NCBI GenBank assembly: GCA_964639465.1
Contig: CAZXDB010000004.1
Location: 29,601-93,600 of the forward strand
Reading direction: 5' to 3'
DNA length: 64,000 nt
From: an uncultured Bifidobacterium sp.
Lineage (GTDB): Bacteria > Pseudomonadota > Gammaproteobacteria > Burkholderiales > Burkholderiaceae_D
Part shown: positions 9,718 through 23,495 of the stretch, one piece after another
Position numbering within the stretch: the stretch's first letter is position 1
Layout of the letters: every line of letters starts with the position of its first letter
Notes under the pieces: model-generated
What the model was told of the DNA's origin: nothing
Seen by the model: the letters and a program-made list of their open reading frames with translations, nothing else
Database searches by the model: none
Translations under genes and position numbers: made by a program

Positions 9718-10611
9718 TCAGAAGACATCGGTGTGCATAGCATTCAGAATCGCTTCGATCGCCGGATGTTTGATTTTGCGCTCATTGGATATTGCGTAGA
9801 TCTGTTCGGTGACTTCAGCCATGGGCCCTACAGGCACGGCGCCGAATTGTTCGAGCACATCCGCCGCCAGTACCGACGGCGCGGGGAAGAGTCCACGCCC
9901 CGCACGCCCGAAAGTATGCAGCAGCGCATTGTCGTCAAACTCCCCGATCAGATCAGGATGCAAATCATGGGCCTCAAGCCAGTAATCGATACGAGCGCGA
10001 ATCGCATTGTTGCGGGTTGGTAGAAGCAGCGGTGCGCCGGTCAGACAGGCCGGATAGCCCTCAGTGTACTTTTCAGCCAGCTTTGGCACACCAAACAGAC
10101 TGGTCTGGGTTTCCACGAGCAAGTGGCTGAATACCCGCAAGGATGAACCTGCAGGTACCGGTCTGTCCGTGAGCATCACATCGAGTTTGTGCACCGATAA
10201 TTTTCCGAGCAATGACTCGAACTGCTCCTCGTAGCAAACCAGTCTCACTCGCTGTGGCAGGGCGAGCGCTGCTTCCAGCAAGCGCGAGGCGATCAGCTTG
10301 GGGAGTGAATCGGAAATACCAACGGTCAGTCGCATCACCGGCTCGGCGTCACTGGTGGAAAGCGCGTCCTGCAACTGCTCGCCAAGAAGAAAGATCTGGT
10401 CGGCATAGCGGAGTGCAAGGTTACCGGCCTCCGTCAGCACCAGACGCCGCCCCTGAGGTTTGAACAAGGACTTGCCAATCGATTTTTCGAGTTGCGATAA
10501 CTGGGCGCTGACAGTCTGGACAGCCAGACCCAAACGCTCGGCCGCGCGGGTAATGCTGCCCTCTTTTGCAACCACCCAAAAATAATGAAGATGTCGAAAA
10601 TTCAAACTCAC
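9718..10611 (-). CDS. LysR-family transcriptional regulator (NhaR-like N-terminus)
   Basis: 297 aa. The N-terminal HTH reads MSLNFRHLHYFWVVAKEGSITRAAERLGLAVQTVSAQLSQLE. Confidence 0.85.
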   Translation of the reverse strand: MSLNFRHLHYFWVVAKEGSITRAAERLGLAVQTVSAQLSQLEKSIGKSLFKPQGRRLVLTEAGNLALRYADQIFLLGEQLQDALSTSDAEPVMRLTVGISDSLPKLIASRLLEAALALPQRVRLVCYEEQFESLLGKLSVHKLDVMLTDRPVPAGSSLRVFSHLLVETQTSLFGVPKLAEKYTEGYPACLTGAPLLLPTRNNAIRARIDYWLEAHDLHPDLIGEFDDNALLHTFGRAGRGLFPAPSVLAADVLEQFGAVPVGPMAEVTEQIYAISNERKIKHPAIEAILNAMHTDVF

Positions 10612-10751
10612 TGCGATTACCTTTCCAGTTTTTCGAACTTTACAACAAATTATCTCTGGTTTTTTGGATTGGCGCAGATGACTGCTCAGAGGACACGACT
10701 GTTACACTTGCGACAATTCGGCTTGACGCAAGCCTCTTCGGAGATCCCACT

Positions 10752-11528
10752 ATGCTAGAACTGTTGTCCGACCCACAAATCTGGCTGGCATTCCTGACGC
10801 TCACCGCGCTTGAGCTGGTTCTGGGTATCGATAACGTGATTTTCATATCAATTCTGGTCGACAAACTTCCGCCGCATCAGCGCGAGACCGCGCGGCGGAT
10901 AGGACTGTTTGCAGCCATGTTCATGCGTATTGGCTTGCTGATGGTGCTGGCCTGGATCGTTGGATTAAAGGAGACTCTATTTACTGTGCTGGGACAAGCG
11001 TTTTCCGGGCGTGACATTGTCTTGCTGCTAGGCGGCTTGTTCCTGATCTGGAAAAGTGTCGGCGAGATTCACGAATCGATCGAGGGCGCCCATCAGGTAC
11101 AGAAAAATATTGTCCACGCTTCGTTTGGGTCCATCATCATTCAGATCATGCTGGTTGATATGGTGTTCTCTCTGGATTCCATCATCACCGCAGTAGGTAT
11201 GGTCGATCATATCGGCGTAATGATCGCTGCGGTGATTGTGTCAGTCGCACTGATGATGTTGTTCGCCAGTCCGATAGGACGGTTCGTTTCAGCACACCCC
11301 ACGGTCAAGATGCTGGCGTTGGCATTCCTTGTCGCAATTGGCGTCGTCCTGATTGCAGAGAGTTTCGGGACCCATGTGCCCAAGGGCTATATCTACACCG
11401 CGATGTTGTTCTCTGTTCTGGTTGAAATGCTGAATCTTCGCATGCGCAAACGTTCGTCGCGCCCTGTAGACATCATTAGCTCGATGGCGGAAGTAGAAGA
11501 CATCGAAAAAAATAAAGGGAAACAGTAG
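10752..11528 (+). CDS. TerC-family integral membrane protein
   Basis: The ORF runs 10566..11528, with an internal ATG at 10752. The sequence MLELLSDPQIWLAFLTLTALELVLGIDNVIFISILV is characteristic of TerC proteins. Confidence 0.8.
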   Translation: MLELLSDPQIWLAFLTLTALELVLGIDNVIFISILVDKLPPHQRETARRIGLFAAMFMRIGLLMVLAWIVGLKETLFTVLGQAFSGRDIVLLLGGLFLIWKSVGEIHESIEGAHQVQKNIVHASFGSIIIQIMLVDMVFSLDSIITAVGMVDHIGVMIAAVIVSVALMMLFASPIGRFVSAHPTVKMLALAFLVAIGVVLIAESFGTHVPKGYIYTAMLFSVLVEMLNLRMRKRSSRPVDIISSMAEVEDIEKNKGKQ

Positions 11529-11599
11529 AAGTAATCGCAAAGCCGAGCGCAACCAGTGATGCCAGACCAGACTCAAATCGGTTTGCTTTGGGAGCCATC

Positions 11600-11848
11600 A
11601 TGCGCCTCACACTCTTTCGTCGTCCGGACACCAGCGGTCAATATTCGTATCTTGCAGTACTGGAAGACAAGCCAATCCCGGAAGAAGCCGCCAGCACTGA
11701 ATGGGAGCTTGCTGTAGCCAGCCTGGAAGTGGCTGACGACAATGACACGCTGACCGAGTTCGGCATCACCCATACCTATGCCCAGATTCGGGACAAGGCT
11801 TACGCGATCACCAGTGTCAACGCGATGCGAGAGCGCCGCCAGCGCTGA
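11600..11848 (+). CDS. hypothetical small protein
   Basis: The ORF runs 11588..11848. The ATG at 11600 follows GGGAGCC. I recognise no family. Confidence 0.4.
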   Translation: MRLTLFRRPDTSGQYSYLAVLEDKPIPEEAASTEWELAVASLEVADDNDTLTEFGITHTYAQIRDKAYAITSVNAMRERRQR

Positions 11849-11866
11849 GGACAGCACAAGCGATCG

Positions 11867-12880
11867 CTATACCTGCCCCGCGGTCACGAGTTCGGTTTTC
11901 AGATACGCATACAGTACCGGCGCAGCAATGACGCCCGGTATGCCAAACATCGATTCCATAATCAGCATCGCCGTCAGCAGTTCCCATGCTTTTGCGTTGA
12001 TTTGGGTGCCGATAATTTTTGCGTTCAGAAAATATTCGAGCTTGTGTATCGTTACGAGAAACAAGAGTGCCATCGCAGCGGTTGACAGAGAATGCGACAG
12101 ACTGATCACCACAATCACCGTGTTGGAAATCAAATTGCCAATCACGGGCAGTAAACCTGCGATGAAAGTAATCAGAATCATTGTTTTTACAAAGGGCAAA
12201 TTGATGCCCGCCATCGGCAACGCGACTGCCAGAAATATGCCGGTAAAAATGGCGTTGATGCCAGCGATTCGTACCTGTGCAAAAACAATCTGCGTGAACG
12301 CTTGATGCAGCCGCACAATGCGCTGATGCAGCGCTGCGGACAAGGGCTTGTAGTGATGAATTTGGGTCGTGTCATACAGTGCCGCCATCGCGCCAATCAC
12401 CATACCTACCAGTAGATGAACGATCAGCCGGCCCATCTGCTGTCCCAGGTCGGTCGCCTGTGAAGCATGGTCACGAATCCAGTGCGCAAAAGATTGCTGC
12501 ATCGCTTCGGCATTCGGCGGTAAATAAGTAGCCAGCCATGGCGGGATCTGCGAGCGCGACTGTTCAATCAACTCGGCCATTTTTTTCAACAGCACGGGCA
12601 AGCTGCCGGCGTCTGACAGAAAAAATCCGGTCGCGAGCCATCCCAAGGCTGTCAATAGCAGCACGATCAACGACCCCAACACAGCGACAGCAATCAGACG
12701 CGCACGTTGCGTATCGAGTGTGGCGCTTAAACGGGGGGCTAGCAAATGTACCAGCGCAAAGACGAGCAGACCGGCATAGAGGGCCGCCAGCAAGCCGCCC
12801 CGCATCACCAGCAGCAAGCCCGCGGCAGCCAGCAAATAAGACGCTAATTCATGAACTGGGACGCGGTTATCAGTGGTCAT
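11867..12880 (-). CDS. AI-2E family transporter (PerM/UPF0118)
   Basis: 337 aa and polytopic. The C-terminal LLTAMLIMESMFGIPGVIAAPVLYAYLK is typical of the family. Confidence 0.75.
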   Translation of the reverse strand: MTTDNRVPVHELASYLLAAAGLLLVMRGGLLAALYAGLLVFALVHLLAPRLSATLDTQRARLIAVAVLGSLIVLLLTALGWLATGFFLSDAGSLPVLLKKMAELIEQSRSQIPPWLATYLPPNAEAMQQSFAHWIRDHASQATDLGQQMGRLIVHLLVGMVIGAMAALYDTTQIHHYKPLSAALHQRIVRLHQAFTQIVFAQVRIAGINAIFTGIFLAVALPMAGINLPFVKTMILITFIAGLLPVIGNLISNTVIVVISLSHSLSTAAMALLFLVTIHKLEYFLNAKIIGTQINAKAWELLTAMLIMESMFGIPGVIAAPVLYAYLKTELVTAGQV

Positions 12881-12935
12881 GCGATGGTGATCGTATTTTC
12901 AGGGGAAGATAGCTGGATGCAGGGTATCAGTAAAC

Positions 12936-12971
12936 AGTAAAAAGCCGTTCGCAGCTTAACGCGAACGGCTT
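12936..12971 (-). terminator. rho-independent terminator for the Tim44-like gene
   Basis: The stem pairs aagccgttcgc with gcgaacggctt, with a U-tract on the minus strand (the plus strand shows an A-run at about 12938-12943). Confidence 0.7.
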
Positions 12972-13033
12972 ATCTGGTTGGAGACGAGGACTGCTTTATC
13001 GCCAACCCGGGAACGACTAAGCAGTGAAGAGAC

Positions 13034-13894
13034 TTAAGCTTGCTGTATACCTGCCAGCAACCAGCCGCTGTTGCCGGTCACAGGTTTGGACAGCACCCAA
13101 ATCTCTTTGAACGGTTCAGCCTTTGCGTTGTCATCTTCTTTCACCATGCCATCGAACTGGACGCTGGCCAGGTGTTCGTCAGCCACGGTCTCGACACCCA
13201 ACAACTCTGCATTGAGCGTGACGACGTCCGTATGGTTGGCCGATGCGCCACGTTCGGTCAATTGCATTTTCAGCTCGGCGTACATTTCCGGCGTGGTGAA
13301 CTCACGAATATCTTGCGTATCGGCCTTGTCCCAGGCTGCTTGCATGCGCAGGAAATTCGTTTTTGCATGCCGCAGGAATCCTGCGCTGTCGAAGTCTGCA
13401 GGAATCGCCGGTGCGGTACCCGACTGCCAGTTTACGGGCTGATGGGCCGAGCCTAGATTGGAGCCGACTTCGGGTATGGCACTTTTTTGCATGGGGCCGG
13501 CGTACGCGGGGCTAGGCTGCTGACTGGCCGTTTTCCTCGACATCAGACGGAACAGCATGATGGCTGCGAAGGCAAGCAAACCAATCATCAGTGCGGTGCC
13601 GATCATGCTGGCCAATTCCCCACCCATACCAAAGTGCGACAGCAGCGCACCCAGACCCAGACCAAGCAGTGCGCCACCCAGAATTCCGCGCCAAGGGCTG
13701 GCCGGTGCCGCAGCCTGGCCGGGCCGCGATGCGGTAGCGGACTGACCGGGACTTTGCGCCGGGGCCTGTCGGCTGTAGCTGGGTGAAGACTTGCCAAATG
13801 AGCCTCCACCGCCCATGCGTTTCGCTTCGGCGCTGGAAACAACCACTGTGATGCCCATGATCGCGACCATCAGCGCCATCCAAAACTTTTTCAT
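13034..13894 (-). CDS. Tim44-like domain-containing membrane protein
   Basis: 286 aa. It has a signal/TM segment, a Gly- and Pro-rich linker, and the C-terminal FLRHAKTNFLRMQAAWDKADTQDIREFTTPEMYAELK. Confidence 0.7.
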   Translation of the reverse strand: MKKFWMALMVAIMGITVVVSSAEAKRMGGGGSFGKSSPSYSRQAPAQSPGQSATASRPGQAAAPASPWRGILGGALLGLGLGALLSHFGMGGELASMIGTALMIGLLAFAAIMLFRLMSRKTASQQPSPAYAGPMQKSAIPEVGSNLGSAHQPVNWQSGTAPAIPADFDSAGFLRHAKTNFLRMQAAWDKADTQDIREFTTPEMYAELKMQLTERGASANHTDVVTLNAELLGVETVADEHLASVQFDGMVKEDDNAKAEPFKEIWVLSKPVTGNSGWLLAGIQQA

Positions 13895-14120
13895 GTGTCC
13901 TCCTGAATACTTGAGGAGCAGAAATCGCCTGCTCCAAACGTTATTACACCCGGCATTGTAAGGAAAGCCTTCAGAAGGTCAAAGCCATCCGGGACAGAAA
14001 GAAACTTCGTAAAAACAGAAGTCGTACTGAAAAACCTTGATGATTAATCGAACTAACTATCATCGTTTGACTCTTTTTATCCGAACAGGATTCGGTTGAA
14101 GGTAAGGTCTTGAGAAATTC

Positions 14121-14206
14121 CTATCGATTTTTATAAAGCGATAGGAATCAGCTATTTAATTAATAAAAACTATCAAATTCACTAATTAATAGTCGGCGCC
14201 TATTAT
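14121..14206 (+). promoter_or_regulatory. ahpC promoter region with an OxyR-like ATAG-N7-CTAT element
   Basis: ATAG (14141-14144), N7, CTAT (14152-14155), with further CTAT/ATAA/ATAG elements nearby. A candidate -35 TTCACT lies at 14178-14183 and a -10 TATTAT at 14201-14206. Confidence 0.4.
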
Positions 14207-14244
14207 TTGTCCGTGCCGTTCATTTAACCCTCAGGAGAAAAAGC

Positions 14245-14808
14245 ATGTCCCTCATCAACACCACCATCCAGTCATTCAACACCACCGCCTATCACGATGG
14301 AAAATTTGCGCCCGTTAGCGACGCTAACCTCAAAGGCCAATGGTCTGTCGTGTTTTTCTACCCAGCCGACTTCACCTTTGTCTGCCCGACCGAACTGGGA
14401 GATCTGGCGGATCACTATGACACCTTTAAGGCGCTGGGCGTGGAAATCTACTCAGTCTCCACCGACACCCATTTTGCTCACAAGGCATGGCATGACACCT
14501 CGGACACCATCGGCAAGATCCGCTATCCGATGCTGGGCGATCCAACCGGCACCATCAGCCGCAACTTTGGCGTGATGACGGAGGAAACCGGCCTCGCGCT
14601 GCGTGGCACCTTCGTTATCAACCCGGAAGGTCAGATCAAGGTGTGCGAGATTCACGATGACGGTATCGGTCGGGATGCGAAAGAACTGCTGCGCAAAGTG
14701 CAGGCAGCTCAGTATATTGCCGCGAACCCAGGTCAGGTCTGTCCTGCCAAATGGACACCGGGTGCAGAAACGCTGGCACCCTCACTGGATCTGGTCGGCA
14801 AGATCTGA
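14245..14808 (+). CDS. ahpC: alkyl hydroperoxide reductase subunit C (peroxiredoxin)
   Basis: 187 aa. It carries [14 protein letters not shown] and a C-terminal resolving Cys in VCPAKW. Confidence 0.95.
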   Translation: MSLINTTIQSFNTTAYHDGKFAPVSDANLKGQWSVVFFYPADFTFVCPTELGDLADHYDTFKALGVEIYSVSTDTHFAHKAWHDTSDTIGKIRYPMLGDPTGTISRNFGVMTEETGLALRGTFVINPEGQIKVCEIHDDGIGRDAKELLRKVQAAQYIAANPGQVCPAKWTPGAETLAPSLDLVGKI

Positions 14809-14878
14809 CGCGCCCTCACTGGAACAAGAGTGCTGCTGTCGCGGCACTCGCAAGACCCCTAATTAATACGAGGCCATC

Positions 14879-16459
14879 ATGCTGGATACCGCCATCAAAA
14901 ACCAATTGCAAGCCTACCTTGACAAAGTGACCCACGATGTCGAGATCATCGCTTCGCTGGATCACAGCGAAAAATCGGGCGAGATGCGCACAATGCTTCG
15001 GGAAATCGCTTCCCTGTCAACGCGCATTCACTATCGTGAACAACATGACGACGATCAGCGCAAGCCGTCCTTCGCTCTGAATCGCCAGGGCACTGACATG
15101 GGGGTTCGTTTTGCCGGCATCCCCATGGGCCACGAGTTCACATCGCTGGTACTAGCGCTACTGCAGGTTGGCGGCCACCCATCCAAAGCCAGCGCCGACA
15201 TCATTGAGCAGATCGCGCAGCTCGAAGGTGAGCATGTTTTCGAAACGTATATTTCGCTGTCATGCCAGAACTGCCCGGATGTTGTGCAAGCACTGAATCT
15301 GATGTCTGTCATCAACCCGCGCATTCGCCACACCATGATCGATGGCGCGCTGTTTCAACAGGAAGTGGGCGAGCGGCAGATCATGGCGGTTCCCACCGTA
15401 TTCCTGAATGGCCGGAGTTTCGGTCAGGGCCGAATGGCGCTTGAGGAAATCTTGGCGAAACTCGACTCCGGCGCATCGAAACGCGAAGCCAACAAGATCG
15501 CACAAAAGGACGTGTTCGATCTTCTGGTCGTTGGCGGTGGGCCTGCGGGCGCATCCGCTGCAATTTATTCGGCACGCAAAGGTATACGCACCGGCGTGCT
15601 GGCCGAGCGCTTTGGTGGTCAAGTACTCGATACCTTGGGGATCGAAAACTTCATTTCGGTAAAAGAGACCGAAGGACCCAAGCTGGTCGCAGCGCTCGAA
15701 CAGCATGTTAAAGCGTATGACGTTGATGTGATGAATCTGCAACGTGCCTCAGCACTGATTCCGGGTGAACTGATTGAGGTGAAACTCGAAAGTGGTGTCA
15801 GCCTGAAAGCAAAATCAGTCGTGATTGCCACAGGTGCACGCTGGCGTGAGCTGAATGTGCCGGGTGAGCAGACGTATCGCAACCGTGGTGTGGCTTACTG
15901 CCCGCACTGCGATGGTCCGCTGTTCAAGGGCAAGCGCGTCGCGGTCGTTGGTGGTGGCAACTCAGGCGTAGAGGCTGCCATTGATCTGGCCGGCATCGTT
16001 GGACACGTGACGCTGGTGGAATTTGATTCAGCCTTGCGCGCCGATGCGGTCTTGCAGCGCAAGCTCCACAGTCTGCCGAATGTGACTGTGCTCACCGACG
16101 CACAAACAACCGAAGTGACGGGCGATGGTAAGCGGGTTAACGGCATGCGCTACACCAATCGCAGCACCGGCGCCTCGCATCTGATCGAGCTTGAGGGTAT
16201 TTTCGTGCAGATTGGCTTGCTGCCGAATACCGACTGGCTCAAAGGAACGGTGGCACTGTCAACGCGCGGCGAGATTGAAATCGATGCGCGCGGACAGACC
16301 TCGGTGCCCGGTGTATTTGCCGCGGGTGACGTCACCACCGTGCCATACAAACAAATCATCATTGCCATGGGCGAAGGCTCGAAAGCTGCACTCGGTGCGT
16401 TCGATCATCTGATTCGGACGTCGGCACCGGCTGAACAGGCCGAAAAGCTGGCGGCGTGA
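14879..16459 (+). CDS. ahpF: alkyl hydroperoxide reductase subunit F
   Basis: 526 aa. It has two redox motifs, CQNCP and CPHCDG, and the FAD motif VVGGGPAG. It lies immediately downstream of ahpC. Confidence 0.95.
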   Translation: MLDTAIKNQLQAYLDKVTHDVEIIASLDHSEKSGEMRTMLREIASLSTRIHYREQHDDDQRKPSFALNRQGTDMGVRFAGIPMGHEFTSLVLALLQVGGHPSKASADIIEQIAQLEGEHVFETYISLSCQNCPDVVQALNLMSVINPRIRHTMIDGALFQQEVGERQIMAVPTVFLNGRSFGQGRMALEEILAKLDSGASKREANKIAQKDVFDLLVVGGGPAGASAAIYSARKGIRTGVLAERFGGQVLDTLGIENFISVKETEGPKLVAALEQHVKAYDVDVMNLQRASALIPGELIEVKLESGVSLKAKSVVIATGARWRELNVPGEQTYRNRGVAYCPHCDGPLFKGKRVAVVGGGNSGVEAAIDLAGIVGHVTLVEFDSALRADAVLQRKLHSLPNVTVLTDAQTTEVTGDGKRVNGMRYTNRSTGASHLIELEGIFVQIGLLPNTDWLKGTVALSTRGEIEIDARGQTSVPGVFAAGDVTTVPYKQIIIAMGEGSKAALGAFDHLIRTSAPAEQAEKLAA

Positions 16460-16484
16460 CGCAGCATCACGAAAAGCGCTTTGC

Positions 16485-16520
16485 AAACAACAACGCCGGC
16501 GCATGCGCCGGCGTTGTTTT
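16485..16520. terminator. bidirectional terminator hairpin between ahpF and glcB
   Basis: The stem pairs caacgccggcgc with gcgccggcgttg. It is flanked by an A-run upstream and a T-run downstream. Confidence 0.75.
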
Positions 16521-16532
16521 GGTGGTTGTGAC

Positions 16533-18740
16533 TTACGAAGAAAGCGCTGTCACCTCAGTTTTGAACCGCAGACGCCAGGCATGCAGCAGAGGCTCGGTAT
16601 AACCCGATGGCTGCGCCAGACCTTTGAACACCAGATCGCTGGCCGCCTGGAAAGCGTAGGAATGGACAAAGTCGGTGGCCATCGGACGATAGAATGAATC
16701 GTCAGCATTCTGTGCATCGACGATCTTTGCCATACGCTCGAATGTTTCACGCACCTGCGCCTCGCTGACCACGCCGTGCAACAACCAGTTGGCAATGTGC
16801 TGACTGGAGATACGCAAAGTCGCACGGTCTTCCATCAGGCCGACATTGTGAATGTCCGGCACCTTGGAGCAGCCGACACCCTGTTCGATCCAGCGCACCA
16901 CATAACCGAGGATACCCTGCGCGTTGTTATCCAGTTCCTGCTGAATTTCGGCTGCAGACCAGCTGGGCTTTGCGACCACCGGAATCATCAGCAGCTCATC
17001 GCGCAAACGCTGAATTTCGCTGGCCGTATCGGTTTTTTCAAGCTGCTGCTGAATCTCGGCCACATTCACCTGGTGGTAGTGCAGCGCATGCAAGGTCGCT
17101 GCAGTGGGCGACGGTACCCAGGCCGTATTGGCGCCTGCTTTCGGATGGCCGATTTTCTGTTCAAGCATCGCGGCCATCAGATCAGGCATCGCCCACATAC
17201 CCTTGCCAATCTGGCCACGTCCGCGCATGCCGCAGGAGAGACCCGTCAGCACATTGCTGCGCTCATAGGCAGAGAGCCAGGTCGACGACTTCATATCGCC
17301 TTTGCGCATCATCGGACCGGCGGTCATCGACGAATGCATTTCATCGCCGGTACGATCAAGAAAGCCGGTGTTGATGAATGCGACACGTGCTGCGGCTTCT
17401 TGCAGACAGGCTTTCAAATTGGTCGATGTGCGACGCTCTTCATCCATAATGCCCAGCTTGACAGTGTTTTCGTTCAAGCCCAGCAAAGCTTCAACGCGAC
17501 CAAACAATTCCACAGCAAAGGCCACTTCTTTAGGGCCGTGCATTTTGGGTTTGACGATATACACCGAGCCTGTGCGCGTGTTACCCACGGTCTGAGTGGC
17601 AGGGCGCTTGAGATCATGCAGCGCAATGGTCACTGTGACGACCGCATCAAGTATGCCCTCCGGGATTTCCTTACCTTCGGCGGTAAGAATCGCCGGGTTG
17701 GTCATCAGGTGACCGACATTACGCAGGAAAAGCAATGAGCGACCATGTAACTTGACTGGCTGGTCATTGGCGCCGATGTATTCACGGTCGGCATTAAGCG
17801 TCCGAGTGAAAAATTTTCCTCCCTTGGACACCATTTCGGACAACGTGCCCTTCAGAATGCCTAACCAATTCTGATATGCCGTGACCTTGTCATCACCGTC
17901 AACGACAGTGACCGAATCTTCCAGATCCAAAATTGTCGACAGGGCCGATTCGATAACGACGTCGGCAACGCCCGCCGCATCGTCTTTACCAATCGGCGTG
18001 GACCGATCGATACGAATGTCGATATGCAGACCATTATTTTTCAGCAGTATTGAAGATGGCGCGGAAACCTGGCCCTGATAACCAACAAACTGCGCGGCAT
18101 CTTTCAGCTCGCTCTGGCCGCCGTCTTTCAGCGCGACGATCAGTTTGCCACCACTCACCGAATAAGACATTGCATCCGCATGCGAGCCCTTCGCAAGTGG
18201 GGTGGACTGATCGAGAAAATTGCGGGCGAAGGCCACGACTTTTGCACCGCGCACCGGGTTGTATTTGCCGCCGCGTGTTGCGCCATCGGCTTCAGAGATC
18301 GCATCCGTGCCGTACAGCGCGTCGTAGAGCGAACCCCAGCGCGCATTCGCGGCATTGAGCGCATAGCGGGCATTCAAAATCGGCACCACCAACTGCGGGC
18401 CGGCGGTGAGTGCGAGTTCCGCATCCACATTGGCCGTGGTGACGCTCACTTCCTTGGGAATCGGCAGCAAATAGCCGATCGATTCGAGGAATGCACGATA
18501 AGCCGCAACATCAGTGACCGGCCCTGGATGTGCCCGATGCCATTGATCCAGCTCCGTTTGCAGACGATCGCGCTCGGCCAGCAAAGCGGCGTTCTTTGGC
18601 GCGAGATCGTTAACAATCTGTGCAAAACCTTTCCAGAAGCTGTCACTGGCAATGCCGGTACCGGGAAGCACTTCGTCTTCGATGAACTGATGCAGAACGG
18701 TTGCCACCTGCAATCCGTGGCACTGAGTGCGTGCTGTCAT
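16533..18740 (-). CDS. glcB: malate synthase G
   Basis: 735 aa. Length and sequence (…HGPKEVAF…[10 protein letters not shown]…) match malate synthase G. Confidence 0.9.
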   Translation of the reverse strand: MTARTQCHGLQVATVLHQFIEDEVLPGTGIASDSFWKGFAQIVNDLAPKNAALLAERDRLQTELDQWHRAHPGPVTDVAAYRAFLESIGYLLPIPKEVSVTTANVDAELALTAGPQLVVPILNARYALNAANARWGSLYDALYGTDAISEADGATRGGKYNPVRGAKVVAFARNFLDQSTPLAKGSHADAMSYSVSGGKLIVALKDGGQSELKDAAQFVGYQGQVSAPSSILLKNNGLHIDIRIDRSTPIGKDDAAGVADVVIESALSTILDLEDSVTVVDGDDKVTAYQNWLGILKGTLSEMVSKGGKFFTRTLNADREYIGANDQPVKLHGRSLLFLRNVGHLMTNPAILTAEGKEIPEGILDAVVTVTIALHDLKRPATQTVGNTRTGSVYIVKPKMHGPKEVAFAVELFGRVEALLGLNENTVKLGIMDEERRTSTNLKACLQEAAARVAFINTGFLDRTGDEMHSSMTAGPMMRKGDMKSSTWLSAYERSNVLTGLSCGMRGRGQIGKGMWAMPDLMAAMLEQKIGHPKAGANTAWVPSPTAATLHALHYHQVNVAEIQQQLEKTDTASEIQRLRDELLMIPVVAKPSWSAAEIQQELDNNAQGILGYVVRWIEQGVGCSKVPDIHNVGLMEDRATLRISSQHIANWLLHGVVSEAQVRETFERMAKIVDAQNADDSFYRPMATDFVHSYAFQAASDLVFKGLAQPSGYTEPLLHAWRLRFKTEVTALSS

Positions 18741-18854
18741 GATGATTTACCTGTAAAAAATAAAGTGGTTCGAAAAAAGTACGAAAAATTAGTAGATGGA
18801 TCAGTAACAACTCTGTGCGCTCACTTCCATCACGCAGTGATTTTCCAAGAGTCT

Positions 18855-19532
18855 CTAACTCATCTGGATGACAAATCGTGCAAGGTCATCCAAAGTTTGT
18901 CCCTGTCCGTTCGGTGTAATTCCCAATTCCTCCAGCGGGGCGTTCGAGCGATTCACCCAGAAGGTCCGGTAGCCAAACCAGGCTGCGCCACAAACGTCCC
19001 AGCAGTTGCTGGATACGAACAGGGTGTCTTTCGCGGATACGCCCAGTGTGTCGGGTCCGAGTTGATACGCTTCCGGGGCTGTCTTGAATTTTTTGACGCT
19101 GTGGACTGACAGGACCTGCGTAAACAAGTCACTCATGCCAGCCGCCTGCACTACGGCATCCAGCATTTCGGGATTGCCATTCGAAAGAATGGCCAACTTG
19201 AGACCTTTCATCTTCAGCGACTGCAATATCGCAAGATTTTCAGGAAAAGCCTGCAGCTTGGCATACTGGCCCATGATCTGGGTTTGTGCATCGAGCGTCA
19301 GTTCCAGCCCGAGCTTGCGGCAGGTGAAAACCAAAGCATCCTGGGTTACTTCCCAGAACGGCTTATAAGTATGAGAAAGGGTGCGAAGACGGGTGTATTC
19401 GATCTGTTTGTCGCGCCAGAGCTCGGCCACTGCCGAACCCTTGCCAGGGAACAGGCGCTCGGCGAGCGCCGCTATCGAATAGACATCAAAGAGCGTACCG
19501 TACGCGTCGAAAATAATGGCCTGAACAGACAT
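18855..19532 (-). CDS. haloacid dehalogenase type II (HAD superfamily)
   Basis: 225 aa. The N-terminal motif is IIFDAYGTLFDV, and ILSNG...FVSSNCWDVCGA is also present. Confidence 0.8.
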   Translation of the reverse strand: MSVQAIIFDAYGTLFDVYSIAALAERLFPGKGSAVAELWRDKQIEYTRLRTLSHTYKPFWEVTQDALVFTCRKLGLELTLDAQTQIMGQYAKLQAFPENLAILQSLKMKGLKLAILSNGNPEMLDAVVQAAGMSDLFTQVLSVHSVKKFKTAPEAYQLGPDTLGVSAKDTLFVSSNCWDVCGAAWFGYRTFWVNRSNAPLEELGITPNGQGQTLDDLARFVIQMS

Positions 19533-19731
19533 GGGGCGAATCCCTAATGGTGCGTCGCCGCAGTATATTCAACCAGAAAAGCAATAAACCTTTAGAAAAG
19601 TCGAATCACTTATGCTTTTTTGTCACAGCTGAAGGGGCTGTAAAACGGCATAGCAAGTGGGTTCGGCCATCCACCCCCGCCCCACATTGCATGGGCAGGC
19701 GTGGCAAAAGCCGTTGGTTTAATCGTGGATC

Positions 19732-22260
<2,529 letters not shown>

Positions 22261-22316
22261 TCAGAAATGGTACGAAGGGGCCGGATTGGCCCCTTCGTCT
22301 CGCTGGTGGCAGTTCT

Positions 22317-23420
22317 TTAAATCCTCATCGGCATGACGACATATTTGAAACTGGCGTCATCAGGCAAGGTGATCAGTGCGGAAGAATTCGCGTCCCCCAG
22401 AGAGATACTGATCTGATCACACTTCAGATTGTTGAGCACATCCAGCAGATAGGTGACATTGAAACCGATATCGACACTATCGCCACCGTAGTCGATTTCG
22501 AGTTCTTCGGTCGCCTCTTCCTGATCCGCATTGGTCGAGCTGATCCTCAGACTGCCCGGCGAGATCACACAACGCACGCCCTTGAACTTGTCGGACGTCA
22601 TGATCGCGGTCCGCTGCAGCGCACGCAGCAATAATTCGCGACTGATTGCGAAATTATTCTTGTATGCCTTGGGAATGACGCGGGTGTAATCCGGAAATTT
22701 GCCCTCGACGAGCTTCGAAATCAGCTCAATGTCGGCAAAGTTGAATTTCACCTGATTGGTCGCGATCTGCAGCTTCACCAGATCATCATTTTCTTCGAGC
22801 AATCGCTGTAGTTCCATGATGGTCTTGCGTGGAATGATCACTTCCTGGCGGGCGAACTCCTGATCGGTCGTGATCTGGCTGAAGGCCAGACGATGACCGT
22901 CAGTTGCCACAGCAATCACGTTCTTTCCCTCAACGACGAGCAGCAGACCATTCAGGTAATAGCGAATGTCTTGCTGAGCCATCGCGAAATGCACCATATT
23001 GAACAAGTGCTTGAGCGTCTTTTGCGGCAAGCTGAGTTCGGCTGTGTAATGGTCCGCCTGAGCGACCGTCGGGAATTCCTCGGCCGCCAGCGTTTGCAGC
23101 GCAAAGCGGGATTTCCCGCACTGCACCGTCATGCGCTTGTTCGTTAGCGACAGCGTCACTTCCTCATCTGGCAAAGCCCGCAGAATGTCGAGCAGCTTGC
23201 GTGCGGCCACCGTCGTAGCTGCCGACTCTTTGCCAGCGCCGATCGCCGCATGGGTGCTGATCTGGACTTCAATATCGGTCGACAGCAAGGAAAGTTCATT
23301 GCCTTCCTTGCGAATGAGGATATTGGCCAGAATCGGCAACGTGTGCCGACGCTCGACAATACCGCTCACAATCTGCAGAGGCCGCAGCAGCGCATCTCTG
23401 TTTGTTTTTACCAATTGCAT
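22317..23420 (-). CDS. dnaN: DNA polymerase III beta sliding clamp
   Basis: The ORF runs 22317..23438. The likely start is at 23420 (MQLVKTNRDALLRPLQIVSGIVERRHTLPILANI). Confidence 0.95.
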   Translation of the reverse strand: MQLVKTNRDALLRPLQIVSGIVERRHTLPILANILIRKEGNELSLLSTDIEVQISTHAAIGAGKESAATTVAARKLLDILRALPDEEVTLSLTNKRMTVQCGKSRFALQTLAAEEFPTVAQADHYTAELSLPQKTLKHLFNMVHFAMAQQDIRYYLNGLLLVVEGKNVIAVATDGHRLAFSQITTDQEFARQEVIIPRKTIMELQRLLEENDDLVKLQIATNQVKFNFADIELISKLVEGKFPDYTRVIPKAYKNNFAISRELLLRALQRTAIMTSDKFKGVRCVISPGSLRISSTNADQEEATEELEIDYGGDSVDIGFNVTYLLDVLNNLKCDQISISLGDANSSALITLPDDASFKYVVMPMRI

Positions 23421-23495
23421 GGTGTGGTCCTTTCGCAAAACTCTTTCAAATGTAAATTCGCTGCCTGACGCTTTTGTTCTTCCTGGCTTCCCAAC

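Noticed and set aside
10612-10751. yybP-ykoY (manganese) riboswitch upstream of the TerC-family gene
   Set aside because: TerC genes often carry this riboswitch. The conserved GGGGAGUAG and UUGACAUA elements are not present in the 140-nt leader.
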